A DNA stretch of 37,065 nucleotides from a virus. Lineage: Duplodnaviria; Caudoviricetes. Positions 9,025 through 18,588 of this stretch are shown in pieces. Numbering within the stretch: the stretch's first letter is position 1; every line of letters starts with the position of its first letter. The notes beneath the pieces are model-generated. The model had not been told where the DNA came from and searched no databases. It worked only from the letters and a program-made list of their open reading frames with translations. The stretch is from the IMG/VR virus record IMGVR_UViG_3300025718_000018, positions 1 through 37,065 of that record; one strand, given 5' to 3'. Both the position numbers and the translations under genes were made by a program.

Positions 9025-11069
9025 CGCGTGAACCCTCCGGGATTGGTGTTGCCGGGGTTGATTCGAATCAGCGACAGAGGCCTCATCACCGTGGGCGTTG
9101 CGCTCACCCGCTCATCGGTCACTCGCACGTCAATGGCCAGCGTGCCTTCGCCCACTTTAATTTCGGTGTTTTGTCCTGGTGAAAGTTGCGCCGGAAGTGC
9201 ACCTGGTGCTGTGAGCGTCAGGAAATCCATTCCGGGCGACAAACCGCCACTGATACCCGACGCCCGCATAGCGCCATCAGTTTGCCCCTGTTGCAGGGCA
9301 CTGAGTCGGGCCTGTGCATATGGGGACAGCTTGACACCTTCACGGTTCTTCGCATCAGACAGTTGACCGATGGCGCCGCCTAATTGCCACAGCTCGTACC
9401 CAGCAAACAAGCCAGCAGCCCCAGCACCGGCGGCCCCCAAGGAGAGACCTCCTGCCGCTGCCGCACCCCCTTCGGCCGCTGACCCGCCCATGCCGAGAAG
9501 TCTGAACAAAAGCGCCTTGGACTTCATCGCCAGCAAAGCCGCTCCCAAAGCACCGCCCGCTATGCCCACGGTTCCCGCAGTGGGGTGCGCCTGCATAAAC
9601 TCATCAATTCCACCGCCCAAGGCGCTGTTTGTTCCGTCCATCAGGGGTTTTGCCGCACCTCCAAGTTGAGCACCCATGTGCGCCATCACGTTCTCAATGG
9701 TCCCGCCCAATGACTCCAGCTTGGAGACAAACGTCTCCAGCTTGATATTGATTCGCTCATCCAAGGATGCCTGGTCATCCACCCGTGCGCGTGCCGTTTC
9801 AAAACCTTTGAGACCCGCCTGCGCCATGATCAGCGCGGGCCTCCCGCCTTCCGATCCAAACAATGCTTTGGCGACCTCAAGCCGCGACTTATCGTCCGAT
9901 GAGCCATCTTTGTTTTTAATCAGGTTGAATTTCTCCAGCTCTGCAAAGATGCCTTTCACGGCGCTACCGTCCAACGTTTTCACCTTCCCCTTGTCATCGA
10001 AGAAATTGAACTTGATGCCCAACTCATCCAGGCGGTCTCGTGCCTCGGCTTTCATCCCCCTTTTAGCCTCTTCCACCATCAACGGCCCGGTAGCCAGGCG
10101 CGTCAGCATTTCTGCAAAGTTGGTGCCGAACTCACCCCCGTTCATGCCTTTTTGATTGGCCATGCCCTGTACCGTCAGCACATCCGACATGCCCTTGAGG
10201 CCGCCCATGCCCAACGCATTGATGATGGGCGCCTCATACTTGGCAGCCATCAAAAGTTCCTCCGGCTTCATACCACCGGCATAGCGATTGCGCTGCACTG
10301 TGTCAGCCATGGCCGGTAGTTCATCATCCTTCAGGCTATACGCCTCGCGCAACTTGGCTGTCGTCTCAGCCGCCTGTGTTTGCGGAATGCCCAGCACCAC
10401 GCCAAGGTTGGTAGATGCCACCAAGCCGCCATTCTTAACAGCCTCTGGTGTGATGCCCAGGGAGATCAACTCCGTTGCCGCCTGGGTCATATCCTTGGTA
10501 GAGCCAGGGAGCTTGTTGCCCTGTTCCACCGCAATCTTTTTGATGGCCTCATAGTCGCCACCGACCTTGCCGCCTTTGGTCATCATGGCAATTTTGAGAC
10601 CGGTCTCCGCATCCTCCAGGCTTGAGTAGCTCTTGATAAACGGTATGACGACCCTCTTCGCGCCGTACCCAGCTGCAGCCATGTCAGCCACGTCTAGCCG
10701 TTGTTGCCCCACCTTTGCCAGGCCTTCATGCAATTTCGAAACACTATGGGTCGCTTGCTCTACCTTAGCCTTCAGCGCGTTGAAAAACGTGATCTGCTGC
10801 CTGCTGCCAACATTGCCACCGATCCGCGTCATAGCCCGGTCCAGATCATTGAACTTGCTGGTGACGCCCGTAATGGCCCCTTGAAGATCGCCAATATTCC
10901 TCTTGGAAATGACAACTTCCTTCTCCAGCGCCTTCACGGCACCAGTGGTTTTGTCGGTCGCCTGGCGCATGGTTTCATGCGCCTTCTCCAGCACCTTGGC
11001 TTCTTCAGTGGCACGCCGACCGATGTCGCTGACCAGCGTGATGGTGTATTTCAGGGACAGTTGACTCAT
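9021..11069 (-). CDS. Tail tape measure protein
   Basis: Ala/Gly-rich helical protein with a LFGSEG motif, between the chaperone and gp43. Confidence 0.88.
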   Translation of the reverse strand: MSQLSLKYTITLVSDIGRRATEEAKVLEKAHETMRQATDKTTGAVKALEKEVVISKRNIGDLQGAITGVTSKFNDLDRAMTRIGGNVGSRQQITFFNALKAKVEQATHSVSKLHEGLAKVGQQRLDVADMAAAGYGAKRVVIPFIKSYSSLEDAETGLKIAMMTKGGKVGGDYEAIKKIAVEQGNKLPGSTKDMTQAATELISLGITPEAVKNGGLVASTNLGVVLGIPQTQAAETTAKLREAYSLKDDELPAMADTVQRNRYAGGMKPEELLMAAKYEAPIINALGMGGLKGMSDVLTVQGMANQKGMNGGEFGTNFAEMLTRLATGPLMVEEAKRGMKAEARDRLDELGIKFNFFDDKGKVKTLDGSAVKGIFAELEKFNLIKNKDGSSDDKSRLEVAKALFGSEGGRPALIMAQAGLKGFETARARVDDQASLDERINIKLETFVSKLESLGGTIENVMAHMGAQLGGAAKPLMDGTNSALGGGIDEFMQAHPTAGTVGIAGGALGAALLAMKSKALLFRLLGMGGSAAEGGAAAAGGLSLGAAGAGAAGLFAGYELWQLGGAIGQLSDAKNREGVKLSPYAQARLSALQQGQTDGAMRASGISGGLSPGMDFLTLTAPGALPAQLSPGQNTEIKVGEGTLAIDVRVTDERVSATPTVMRPLSLIRINPGNTNPGGFTR

Positions 11070-11225
11070 GACGATTTAGCCAGCTTGACCAACTCAGCCT
11101 GCATTGCCCGAAGCCGCGCCAGAGGCATCTCTTCCAGTGAAATCGGCGAGCAATGCAGGGCCAGACTGAGACTGAGCAGGAGCCTGTCCCACATCAGCAG
11201 TCTGGCCCGTACGCTGTGGGGAGGG
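11066..11225 (-). CDS. Probable frameshift extension of the tail chaperone (gpE'/gpGT-like)
   Basis: Overlapping +1/-2 frame encodes LLLSLSLALHCSPISLEEMPLARL, typical of gpE'-like tails. Its stop overlaps the tape-measure ATG. Confidence 0.6.
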
Positions 11226-11660
11226 TACCGCCGCTGGCGAACCACCCGCCATGATCCGGTCAAACTCGGCTTGCTCAATGTTGCCGTACCGCACCTCCGC
11301 AGCCAGTGCAATCAGAAACACGCGCTGCTCAATCAAGCCAAGGTCATGTGAACTGAGCTTGCCCACCAGTTCCATGTCAATCATCGGTTGCGGTATTTTC
11401 TGACTGTCGCATTCAAACGCCTCAATGTGCCGCACCGTCATGCCAAACTGAAAATCCACATCGCTCACCAACAGCTTATGTACGCCACCCACCAGCATCA
11501 CACGCTCGGCCAGGCGCTGGGCAATGCGCTCATCCGCCACTGTGGTCTCACGCAGCTTCACTATTTGGTACTTGATGGTCTTGCCCTCACTGACAGTGGG
11601 CAGTCCATCCACCAAGGTCAAGGTGTAGAGGTCGTCAATTTGTTTGCTTTGTGTATCCAT
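11094..11660 (-). CDS. Tail assembly chaperone (Mu gp41-like)
   Basis: TLTLVDGL, VKLRETTVADERIA and LSSHDL motifs; lies between tube and tape measure. Confidence 0.82.
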   Translation of the reverse strand: MDTQSKQIDDLYTLTLVDGLPTVSEGKTIKYQIVKLRETTVADERIAQRLAERVMLVGGVHKLLVSDVDFQFGMTVRHIEAFECDSQKIPQPMIDMELVGKLSSHDLGLIEQRVFLIALAAEVRYGNIEQAEFDRIMAGGSPAAVPSPQRTGQTADVGQAPAQSQSGPALLADFTGRDASGAASGNAG

Positions 11661-11667
11661 GGCACCG

Positions 11668-11712
11668 ACTGTGCCGGGACTGCATCAATGCGTCACGGTG
11701 AAACACTTCACC
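11668..11712 (-). promoter_or_regulatory. Putative late promoter (Mor/C-type box plus -10)
   Basis: GGTGAAACACTTCACC (11697-11712), 23 nt, CACAGT, 7 nt, ATG. Confidence 0.75.
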
Positions 11713-11746
11713 AAAGAAAAAGGGACTGGTTATTAGCCAGTCCCTT
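11713..11746 (-). terminator. Intrinsic terminator after the tail tube gene
   Basis: AAGGGACTGG/CCAGTCCCTT stem followed by a U-rich tail on the minus strand. Confidence 0.8.
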
Positions 11747-11794
11747 AGTGCCCTCGCTGGGCCAGCCCCTCGCGGGTCTTGGTTGTTTATTTTG

Positions 11795-12169
11795 TTACAG
11801 CCACTGGATCGCCGCCAGCACGTTAAACGTCACATCCACCGAACCGCCGCCGATCTCACCCATCTGCCCAAAACTGCAATTGGGCATCAGCGCCCGCCGC
11901 CCGCTCTGCGAGTCGCGCGCCGTGATCTGGATACCCTGCTGCCTTGCAAAATCCGCCGGGTTGACCGCCGGGCCAAACTGGATCTTGCACTTGAACAAGG
12001 TGGGCACCCGCTTGCGCTTATTGAAGTCGTCCCCGCTCGCACTGGTCACCACATCATTCTCAAATCGTGCGGCACCGCTAAGCGTGCCCGTGCCATCTTC
12101 AAACGCGACCGGGTTGCCGTCCACCACGATCTGATCGATGTGGAAGAGTAAATTGTCTGTTCCTGTCAT
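11795..12169 (-). CDS. Tail tube protein (Mu gp40-like)
   Basis: 124 aa, beta-rich, directly after the sheath gene; AGGAG RBS. Confidence 0.8.
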   Translation of the reverse strand: MTGTDNLLFHIDQIVVDGNPVAFEDGTGTLSGAARFENDVVTSASGDDFNKRKRVPTLFKCKIQFGPAVNPADFARQQGIQITARDSQSGRRALMPNCSFGQMGEIGGGSVDVTFNVLAAIQWL

Positions 12170-12206
12170 TGTTTTCTCCTGAAGTTAATTGGGTTGCGTT
12201 TCAGGC

Positions 12207-13691
12207 TCAGACTTGGCCCGCGACCACGTAGCTGCTGATTTCGGTCTGGTAATGCTGCGTCACGATCACCGGTTCATCCTGTACCTTAAGCTTTCCGTTG
12301 GGGCCGTCCACCTCAACCACCAGCGTCTTGCGGTAGTAGTCCATGTTCTGGCACAGACCCACGTCCATGAACAGCTTGTACAGCCCGATCATGATTTCCT
12401 CACCCAACTGTTTGGTCATGATCTTCTGGCCGGGGATCGGGTCCGTGATGTACTGGGCCAGCTTGAAGCCTTGGTACTTGGTCTGGAACTCCGTCACGTG
12501 GAACCACCGGTAGTAGCTCATCGTCTTGATCCAGGCCAGTTCGGCCATGCTGCGGTCGGCCGCACCGGCCGTGGTCTTCTTGTAGTTCGTCACCATGCGC
12601 AACAGCGTGCCGGTGTAGTCGGCCGCAATCTGCAGCGGGCTACCGCCCGCCACCAGCATGTTGTTCAGCTGGTCGATGATCCAGTGGTTGCCCTGGCTTG
12701 GCCCCTTGTAGCCCGACAGCTTCACGCCTGTTGCGGGCATGGCCGGGTCAATGGCCGCCTGACTCTCAATCGCTGCGCCCGCCATGGCCGCCGTCTCCCA
12801 GGGGCTGGTGCAGTCCTTGGTCGTGGTGATGGTGTGCACATGCGGGCTGTTGCGCGTGCTCAGCCAGGTCGTGTTGGCCGCCTCCGTGCCACGTATGGCG
12901 TTGATCACCGTGCCGTCCTGCATGTTGTTGGCCAGCCAGCGTGCAGCAAACTCGTTTTCCAGAACAATCATGTTCGCGCTGTCGGTGAACGGGCACACGA
13001 TCTCGGTCGCCCGGTACAGGTTCATCGCTGAAATCAATGGCGTCACATCTGGCACCACAGCGCCGCCGCTCATCGCAGGCACCGTCACGGTCAACCCGTT
13101 CGGCAGGCGGTCGTCCAGGTAGTAAGCCGTGCGCAGGTCAATGTCATTGCCGGTGGGGCCACCCCAACGGCAGGTCAGCTGGCACTCATAAAGGTTAACG
13201 GTCGCGGCGGCCGTCACCGGCAGCTTCACGTTGGCATTGATCGCGTTGATTAGCTTGGTCGCCACCGTGTTGGCCGTGTCGTTTGTGGTCACGCCCACGC
13301 TCACCCGCTCGCCGCCCACATACATCATCACCTCACCGCTCATGACCACGTTGCCGGGTGGCGTGATCGCAATCGTGCTGGTAGCCGCCACCGCCGAGAC
13401 GCCTGGCGCAATTGCGAAACAGTCAATCGGCAAGCCCAGGTCAGCATTGGCCTTGGCTTGGCGCCACATCGCCACCAGCATCGAGCCTTCGCCAAACTGC
13501 GCAATGGCGTCGGCCTCGGTCGTCACCGTGGTCAAGGTGTTCAGCGCAATGCCGCCAGCGGCCACCTTATGGCCCACCAGCAGCAGGCGCCGCTGCATAC
13601 CGCGCAGCCCCCGGATGGCGCGTGAAAAGTCGTTCTTGGCAGCCACAAAGGGCACCAGAAAATTCAAGGAAAGAAGGTTGGGTAAAGACAT
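12207..13691 (-). CDS. Tail sheath protein (Mu gpL)
   Basis: FGEGSML, GPTGNDI, MSGGAVVPD, DPAMP and RMVTNY motifs. Confidence 0.93.
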   Translation of the reverse strand: MSLPNLLSLNFLVPFVAAKNDFSRAIRGLRGMQRRLLLVGHKVAAGGIALNTLTTVTTEADAIAQFGEGSMLVAMWRQAKANADLGLPIDCFAIAPGVSAVAATSTIAITPPGNVVMSGEVMMYVGGERVSVGVTTNDTANTVATKLINAINANVKLPVTAAATVNLYECQLTCRWGGPTGNDIDLRTAYYLDDRLPNGLTVTVPAMSGGAVVPDVTPLISAMNLYRATEIVCPFTDSANMIVLENEFAARWLANNMQDGTVINAIRGTEAANTTWLSTRNSPHVHTITTTKDCTSPWETAAMAGAAIESQAAIDPAMPATGVKLSGYKGPSQGNHWIIDQLNNMLVAGGSPLQIAADYTGTLLRMVTNYKKTTAGAADRSMAELAWIKTMSYYRWFHVTEFQTKYQGFKLAQYITDPIPGQKIMTKQLGEEIMIGLYKLFMDVGLCQNMDYYRKTLVVEVDGPNGKLKVQDEPVIVTQHYQTEISSYVVAGQV

Positions 13692-13748
13692 ATTGGGGCT
13701 CCGTCAAATTGGTTTTGAAAAGGGTTTAACTGCGGCGTGAATCCGGGT

Positions 13749-13988
13749 CTAGCCAACCAGCGTCACGTCGCCGTCCAGCAGGCGGCGCAGCAGCGTGGTG
13801 GTCACCGTCACCGGCGTGGCCACGTCGGGTGCAAAGTAAGCGCCGGTCTCGTTGTTCACCAGCATGCAGCCCTCTGCCACCTTCACATGCACCAGCGTGC
13901 CCAGGGCCGGGGGTGCCGCAGGCGCGGCTTGGTCAGCAGGCGCCGCAGCGTCGGTAGCAGCGTCAGTCTTGGGATCATTCTTGGCCAT
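13749..13988 (-). CDS. Mu gp38-like (DUF2635) protein
   Basis: C-terminal RRLLDGDV; directly before the sheath gene. Confidence 0.8.
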   Translation of the reverse strand: MAKNDPKTDAATDAAAPADQAAPAAPPALGTLVHVKVAEGCMLVNNETGAYFAPDVATPVTVTTTLLRRLLDGDVTLVG

Positions 13989-13997
13989 AAGTCACCT

Positions 13998-14609
13998 TTA
14001 AGTTGTTGAATTGAATGTCACGTCTTCAGTCACCACCGGCACAATGCCCGTGGCCGCAGCATCGGCGGGCACAACGCCGCCACGTGTGCTGTCAATAATT
14101 TCCACCGATAGCAAATCCCACAGCTGCTCGATAGGCACAGCAGGCTTCACGCACTGGTGCCAGTCCACCTGGAACAGCGCCTGGCCCACGGTGTCCAGCG
14201 CGCGGCTGTAGAGGTTCTCGCAGGTCGCACCTGTCTCCAGCCCAGCAATCGTCACGGGCAGGTTTGCATTCGCGGCTTCGCGCATAGGCTCCCACTGGCG
14301 CATCACAATCTCCAGGCGCTCCGCCAGCAGCATCGCCCCGGCCATACGCTTGTTTCTTTCAGCGTGCTTGTAGGCCACAAACGCCACTACATGCACCTTT
14401 TTGGCATGCTTGCCCGTTAGCCTGCAATCGCTGTCAGCTGGCTGCCAGCCCAGCACGGTTAAAAAGATGGCCGGGCAGTTGTAGCTCTTGTGCTGAATCT
14501 CAGCCGACGAGAACTCACCGGCATAGGGCTGCACCGTGGCCACCTCAGCTCGGGTGAACTGGGCGCGCACGCGGGCCACCGCCTGGTCAAGCAAGATCGT
14601 CGCGCTCAC
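13998..14609 (-). CDS. Mu gp37-like tail completion/terminator protein
   Basis: YAGEFS...PAIFLTVLGW motif; synteny. Confidence 0.7.
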   Translation of the reverse strand: MSATILLDQAVARVRAQFTRAEVATVQPYAGEFSSAEIQHKSYNCPAIFLTVLGWQPADSDCRLTGKHAKKVHVVAFVAYKHAERNKRMAGAMLLAERLEIVMRQWEPMREAANANLPVTIAGLETGATCENLYSRALDTVGQALFQVDWHQCVKPAVPIEQLWDLLSVEIIDSTRGGVVPADAAATGIVPVVTEDVTFNSTT

Positions 14610-15046
14610 TGCAGTTCCCTAATGGCATTGATCAGCAAGTAACCAATCTGCAGCTCCTGCCGCATGGCAATACCCATCACCGGCCGCGCCAGCATCTGGA
14701 ACCTGTGACCAGACCGACCGGTCTCGCCACCAAAGTGGTTAATAGCCGCATAGGCCTTGGAAGAGCCCACTTCCACGCCACCATGCGCCAGCTGATACAC
14801 ATAGCTGTCATACAAGTGGTGGTCCTTAATGAGCGTCTTGCCCCGCCGTTTGATAGCCGCCTTACTTTGCGGCATGGCCCCGCCATCAAACAGCTTTTGT
14901 CCGTCCAGGTTGTCCTGAATGTCGCCCACCATGAACTCGCCAATCTGGCGGCGTGTCTTGGTCCACTCCTGCCGGGCCGACAGGCGCGCCAGGTGACTGC
15001 GCAGCGGGCCATCTTCAAACTTCATGCTCAGGGCCGTGCCGGTCAT
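14606..15046 (-). CDS. Virion morphogenesis protein (Mu gpG/gp31)
   Basis: KTL.....L..S, VGSSKAYAAINHFGG and ARPVMG motifs. Confidence 0.88.
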   Translation of the reverse strand: MTGTALSMKFEDGPLRSHLARLSARQEWTKTRRQIGEFMVGDIQDNLDGQKLFDGGAMPQSKAAIKRRGKTLIKDHHLYDSYVYQLAHGGVEVGSSKAYAAINHFGGETGRSGHRFQMLARPVMGIAMRQELQIGYLLINAIRELQ

Positions 15047-15567
15047 CGCGCACCCCTAAAGTTACCCCAGTCAAACCCACTCACAGCCTGTCCAGTTCGA
15101 ATCCGACCCTTGGAGGGAACCTCTTCCCCTGTAGCGCCCACCAGCTCAGCCCGTCCGGCCTGCACATCTTTCAACCAGGCGCGCCACTGCTCAAACGCCT
15201 TTTCCATGCGCTCAGTCGCGTTGTCCGAGTCATCCGCCAGCCCGTACCGCACCAGCGCCAGGCAACAGTCTTCCAGCACCCCCGCATTGGCGTCACTTGC
15301 CGCCAGCGGCAGGGTGACCGCGCTACGCAGGTAGCCATCCATAAAGTTGCTGCTCACCACCAGCTGGCGGTTCATCCGTGCCAGGCAAGCATTGGCCACA
15401 TCCTTGTCCGCCTGGCTTGGCGCGCCAGTCCAGGCACCGCCCAGGCTCACCGCAATGGCGTCCGTCAGCAGCAGGCTGGTGAGCGTGTTCTGCTCATCAG
15501 CCAGCGCCTGGGTGGTTTCATCCAGACCGAATTTCTGGGTGTACAAGGATGCGGTCGCGTAGGGCAT
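15043..15567 (-). CDS. Head-tail adaptor Mu gp36 (DUF1320)
   Basis: MPYAT start, DGYL...LPL, RYGL and WLKDVQAG motifs. Confidence 0.88.
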   Translation of the reverse strand: MPYATASLYTQKFGLDETTQALADEQNTLTSLLLTDAIAVSLGGAWTGAPSQADKDVANACLARMNRQLVVSSNFMDGYLRSAVTLPLAASDANAGVLEDCCLALVRYGLADDSDNATERMEKAFEQWRAWLKDVQAGRAELVGATGEEVPSKGRIRTGQAVSGFDWGNFRGAR

Positions 15568-15570
15568 GTC

Positions 15571-15768
15571 TTAAGCCTCAGTCGCGCCCTTGAGTTTGAT
15601 CGCGCCCACAGCCAACAGAGGGGCGGCCTGTGCCGTGGTCAGGTCAAACTCCTCGCCCGCATCCTCACCGGGTCCGTAGCGCACCTGGTCATGTTCCACC
15701 GTCACCAGCGCAACAACAGTCACGGCTGCGGCTGCGGTTGCGGTAGGTTCTTTAGCTTTCGTTGCCAT
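15571..15768 (-). CDS. Small head-associated protein (gp35 position)
   Basis: VEHDQVRYGPGE...A..LL..GAI pattern after the capsid gene; AGGAG RBS. Confidence 0.7.
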   Translation of the reverse strand: MATKAKEPTATAAAAVTVVALVTVEHDQVRYGPGEDAGEEFDLTTAQAAPLLAVGAIKLKGATEA

Positions 15769-15803
15769 ATCGATCTCCTGTTAATTGAAAAGAAGGCCGG
15801 GGC

Positions 15804-16760
15804 TTACGCCACCGCGTTCTGGAAGAAATAGCCCAGAGCCGGGGCGCTGGTCACTTCCTTCACCGACTCGGCCACACGCACGCGCTGCGAGCCACGGATG
15901 CCCATCTTGGGTTCGGGAATATCGCCCGCCACCTTGCCGCCCCACTGGGCTGTGAAGCCCCAGCAAGGTTGCTGTGAAACGGCTGCTTCCTTGTCAACGT
16001 AGAGAAAGGATGCGTGCTTGCCCCACACGCGCTGGTTGTTCACTGCCTGGCCTTTTTTGGCCGTGTTCACAAAGCCAGCGCCCACAAACACCTTTTGAAT
16101 CTCCAGCACCTGAGCCAGTTGGTCACGGGTGACCACGCCGCCGGTCTGCGCAGTGCCAAACACCGCCTGAACAATCTTCGGGTGCTGACGCAGCTTGGTA
16201 AAGGTAGCCTGACCAAACACCGCCACGTTGGGCCGGTACACCGGTACATCCAGCGCGGCAAGAATCGCGTCAAGCGGGTTGCTGTTGGCGAAGTCGCTCC
16301 ACTGGCCGGTGCCAGAAAGCGTCGCCTGGTTGCCAGCGGCGTAGTTAACCGTATTGAACACTCGGCCCGCTACACGCACCTCACGGTCCAAACCAATCAG
16401 CTTGGTCACCAGCATGGCGCTCACATCCAGCGGGCTGGGTGGGCCACCGCGATCCGGCTTGATCATCGAGCTCCAAGCTTCGATTTCATCGTTCGGCACC
16501 ACGTCATCCAGACCGTAGTCCAGCGTTTCATCGTTCACCAGCGTGCCGGTGAAGTCCACCTCGGACGGCATGCTCTTGCGGCCCACCAGGGTTTTCGGAA
16601 CGCTAAAGCCTTGGGCCACGTCATAGTTCGACCAAACGAACTTCTTGGCTGTGGGCACACGCGGCATCACATCATCCGCGATGAGCGCAATGGCCGGGTT
16701 GCTGTAGACCATCGCAATGGCGGTGAGGACCGGGTTGACCGGAAAAGCAGTAGTTGCCAT
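15804..16760 (-). CDS. Major capsid protein
   Basis: 318 aa after protease and decoration genes; PVLTAIA...IADDVMPRVP, QWSD..NSNP; AGGAG RBS. Confidence 0.88.
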   Translation of the reverse strand: MATTAFPVNPVLTAIAMVYSNPAIALIADDVMPRVPTAKKFVWSNYDVAQGFSVPKTLVGRKSMPSEVDFTGTLVNDETLDYGLDDVVPNDEIEAWSSMIKPDRGGPPSPLDVSAMLVTKLIGLDREVRVAGRVFNTVNYAAGNQATLSGTGQWSDFANSNPLDAILAALDVPVYRPNVAVFGQATFTKLRQHPKIVQAVFGTAQTGGVVTRDQLAQVLEIQKVFVGAGFVNTAKKGQAVNNQRVWGKHASFLYVDKEAAVSQQPCWGFTAQWGGKVAGDIPEPKMGIRGSQRVRVAESVKEVTSAPALGYFFQNAVA

Positions 16761-16833
16761 GCTGACTCCTAAAAAATGAAATTCTGAAAATTGAAAATCG
16801 GTGTTGCTGTGCGTCTTGTCTGTACCGGCCCGC

Positions 16834-17211
16834 TTAGCCCTGGATCAGTCCCGGCGCGATCATGAAGCGGATCACGTCGCCAGCTGCAGTGCCGCTCTCA
16901 TCGGCAAAGCCAATGATTCGGTTATTGACGCCTGCTGCAGGTGCAGCGACTACGGCCCGGCCTACGGCGTCGGAAGTGATAGGCGAGCCGCACGGCACGG
17001 CTGCGCCGCATTCCACCCAGGGAATTCCCACGCGCTCCACGTCGCAGCGCTCGCCGATAGCAGGCGACGTCTCGTTCACCGCACCAATGATGAAATCGGT
17101 CGGGCCGGTGGCGAGCGTCACATTGCGGTCGCCAGTGCCAAACTTGACCAGGCGGTTGATCGGAATGGCCGCGTCGGCCACGAAGTTAATTGCGAGAAGG
17201 CGGTTTGCCAT
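16834..17211 (-). CDS. Capsid decoration/cement protein (DUF2190-like)
   Basis: 125 aa, Gly/Ala/Val-rich, with ITSDAVGRAV and AAGDVI motifs. Confidence 0.8.
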   Translation of the reverse strand: MANRLLAINFVADAAIPINRLVKFGTGDRNVTLATGPTDFIIGAVNETSPAIGERCDVERVGIPWVECGAAVPCGSPITSDAVGRAVVAAPAAGVNNRIIGFADESGTAAGDVIRFMIAPGLIQG

Positions 17212-17268
17212 GTTGTTCTCCGGTAGGTTTTGGGTGTGTTGGTCGTGATAGGTAGGGCGCTTGGGGGT

Positions 17269-17766
17269 TCAGGCCCGGCTCTGGGCGCTCACATGCGCCA
17301 CCGCCTCGGGCAGGCTCACGGTCAGGCCCTTGCCGGCCTGTTCGCTCATGTAGCTACGGGCTGCATCGGCCAGCTGGCCAGCGTCATTGCTATTCACCGC
17401 GCCGCCGTCATCAGCAAGCATCTGCTGACCCAGCTTCACCAGCGGCTTGCGGCCCGCCATGAACTCGACAAAAAACTGGGTGGGCGTCTTCTTCACAGCG
17501 CTTTTGTCGCTGGCGCTGAAGGTGAACTCACCGCCGCCGGTCTCTAGCGAGCCCATGAATTCGGACAGTCCGGCCTCTTCAGCCGGGGTAACCAGGCCTT
17601 TGGCCTTCCAGCCGGTGATCTGTGCGCCAATGCGCTCGGCCTGGCGCTCACTGCGCAACCGCAGAAGCTCCTCGCCCTGGGCGACAAAATCGGCCCGCGA
17701 CTTGTCTCCGGCTTCTTTTGCCGCCTTGGCTGTTGCAGCGTCCAACTGCTCTTGTGTAAAAGACAT
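17269..17766 (-). CDS. Nested in-frame scaffolding protein (Mu gpZ-like)
   Basis: Strong internal RBS CAGGAGGTG-TT-ATG in frame (MSFTQEQLDAA...). Confidence 0.7.
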   Translation of the reverse strand: MSFTQEQLDAATAKAAKEAGDKSRADFVAQGEELLRLRSERQAERIGAQITGWKAKGLVTPAEEAGLSEFMGSLETGGGEFTFSASDKSAVKKTPTQFFVEFMAGRKPLVKLGQQMLADDGGAVNSNDAGQLADAARSYMSEQAGKGLTVSLPEAVAHVSAQSRA

Positions 17767-18435
17767 AACACCTCCTGTGGGTTTAGAAAATGGACTGGGA
17801 ATTGCGGGATCATCTTCAGGGTTAGCCTGCGCATCGCGTATCACACGCGCAGAGGCATCGGCCAAAGACTGGATACGCCAGCTCGGCAGCGCCGCATCGG
17901 CAGCGTCCAGCCCCTTGTCGGCAATCAGCTGGTCGCGCAGGCTGCGCAGCATGTCAGCGGTATCACTGAGCGCCAATCCGATATCGAAGTCGTCTGCGTC
18001 AAACTGATAGGCATCCAGCTCGGCGCTGTAATCCAGCGGCGTCAGGCCAGCAATGGCCGGAGGTGCGGCACCCAGCCAGCCCACATGCTGCAGGCGCCAG
18101 CCAGCGTCCGCGTCTTTCACCACGGACACCGACCGGTTGCGATAGGCGCCACTGGCCACGCTCGCTTCAAAGGCGGGGTTGATGTCATCAAACTTCACAT
18201 ACAGCGATGCGCCGTCGCGCTTGGCGCCTTCTGGCTTCACCCAGCCATAAGCGGGGTCGTTGTGTTTGGGGTGGCCCAGCACGGCGGGCGCGGCGCCCAG
18301 CGCCAGGTTGCTCACCATCTGGTCCAGGTCGGACTCGGTGAAAGTGCAGCCACGGCCCTTGCTGTCGGTATGTGTTCCAGCGCGGAACACCTCGATCCAG
18401 TCGGCCAGCCCTTTGAATTGGTGTGCTTTGTTCAT
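17269..18435 (-). CDS. Prohead protease (Mu gpI-like) with C-terminal scaffold
   Basis: WIEVFRAGTH, GHP...PAYGWV, YRNRSVS and HVGWLGAAPPAI motifs. Start at ATG 18435. Confidence 0.9.
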   Translation of the reverse strand: MNKAHQFKGLADWIEVFRAGTHTDSKGRGCTFTESDLDQMVSNLALGAAPAVLGHPKHNDPAYGWVKPEGAKRDGASLYVKFDDINPAFEASVASGAYRNRSVSVVKDADAGWRLQHVGWLGAAPPAIAGLTPLDYSAELDAYQFDADDFDIGLALSDTADMLRSLRDQLIADKGLDAADAALPSWRIQSLADASARVIRDAQANPEDDPAIPSPFSKPTGGVMSFTQEQLDAATAKAAKEAGDKSRADFVAQGEELLRLRSERQAERIGAQITGWKAKGLVTPAEEAGLSEFMGSLETGGGEFTFSASDKSAVKKTPTQFFVEFMAGRKPLVKLGQQMLADDGGAVNSNDAGQLADAARSYMSEQAGKGLTVSLPEAVAHVSAQSRA

Positions 18436-18442
18436 GCCCTGC

Positions 18443-18487
18443 ACTTTGCCGGGCAGGAGGCATTCCAGATAGGTGAAACGGTTCACC
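18443..18487 (-). promoter_or_regulatory. Putative late promoter PI-like
   Basis: GGTGAAACGGTTCACC (18472-18487), 23 nt, CAAAGT, 7 nt, ATG. Confidence 0.75.
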
Positions 18488-18525
18488 AAAACAAAAGCCC
18501 CGCAGCGAGGGCGCTGGGGGGCTTT
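18488..18525 (-). terminator. Intrinsic terminator ending the early operon
   Basis: AAAGCCCC-CAGCG/CGCTG-GGGGCTTT stem followed by TTGTTTT on the minus strand. Confidence 0.75.
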
Positions 18526-18588
18526 GATGGGTGAAAGGGTTACGCTGGTACTAGCTTAAACAATCAAGCGTTTGCAAGGGCCTTAAAA

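Noticed and set aside
7951-9366. 471-aa plus-strand ORF, and similar long ORFs at 5185-6246, 22140-23480, 23279-24640, 29963-31048 and 31159-32346
   Set aside because: Antisense shadows of well-supported genes in GC-rich DNA, with no recognisable motifs.
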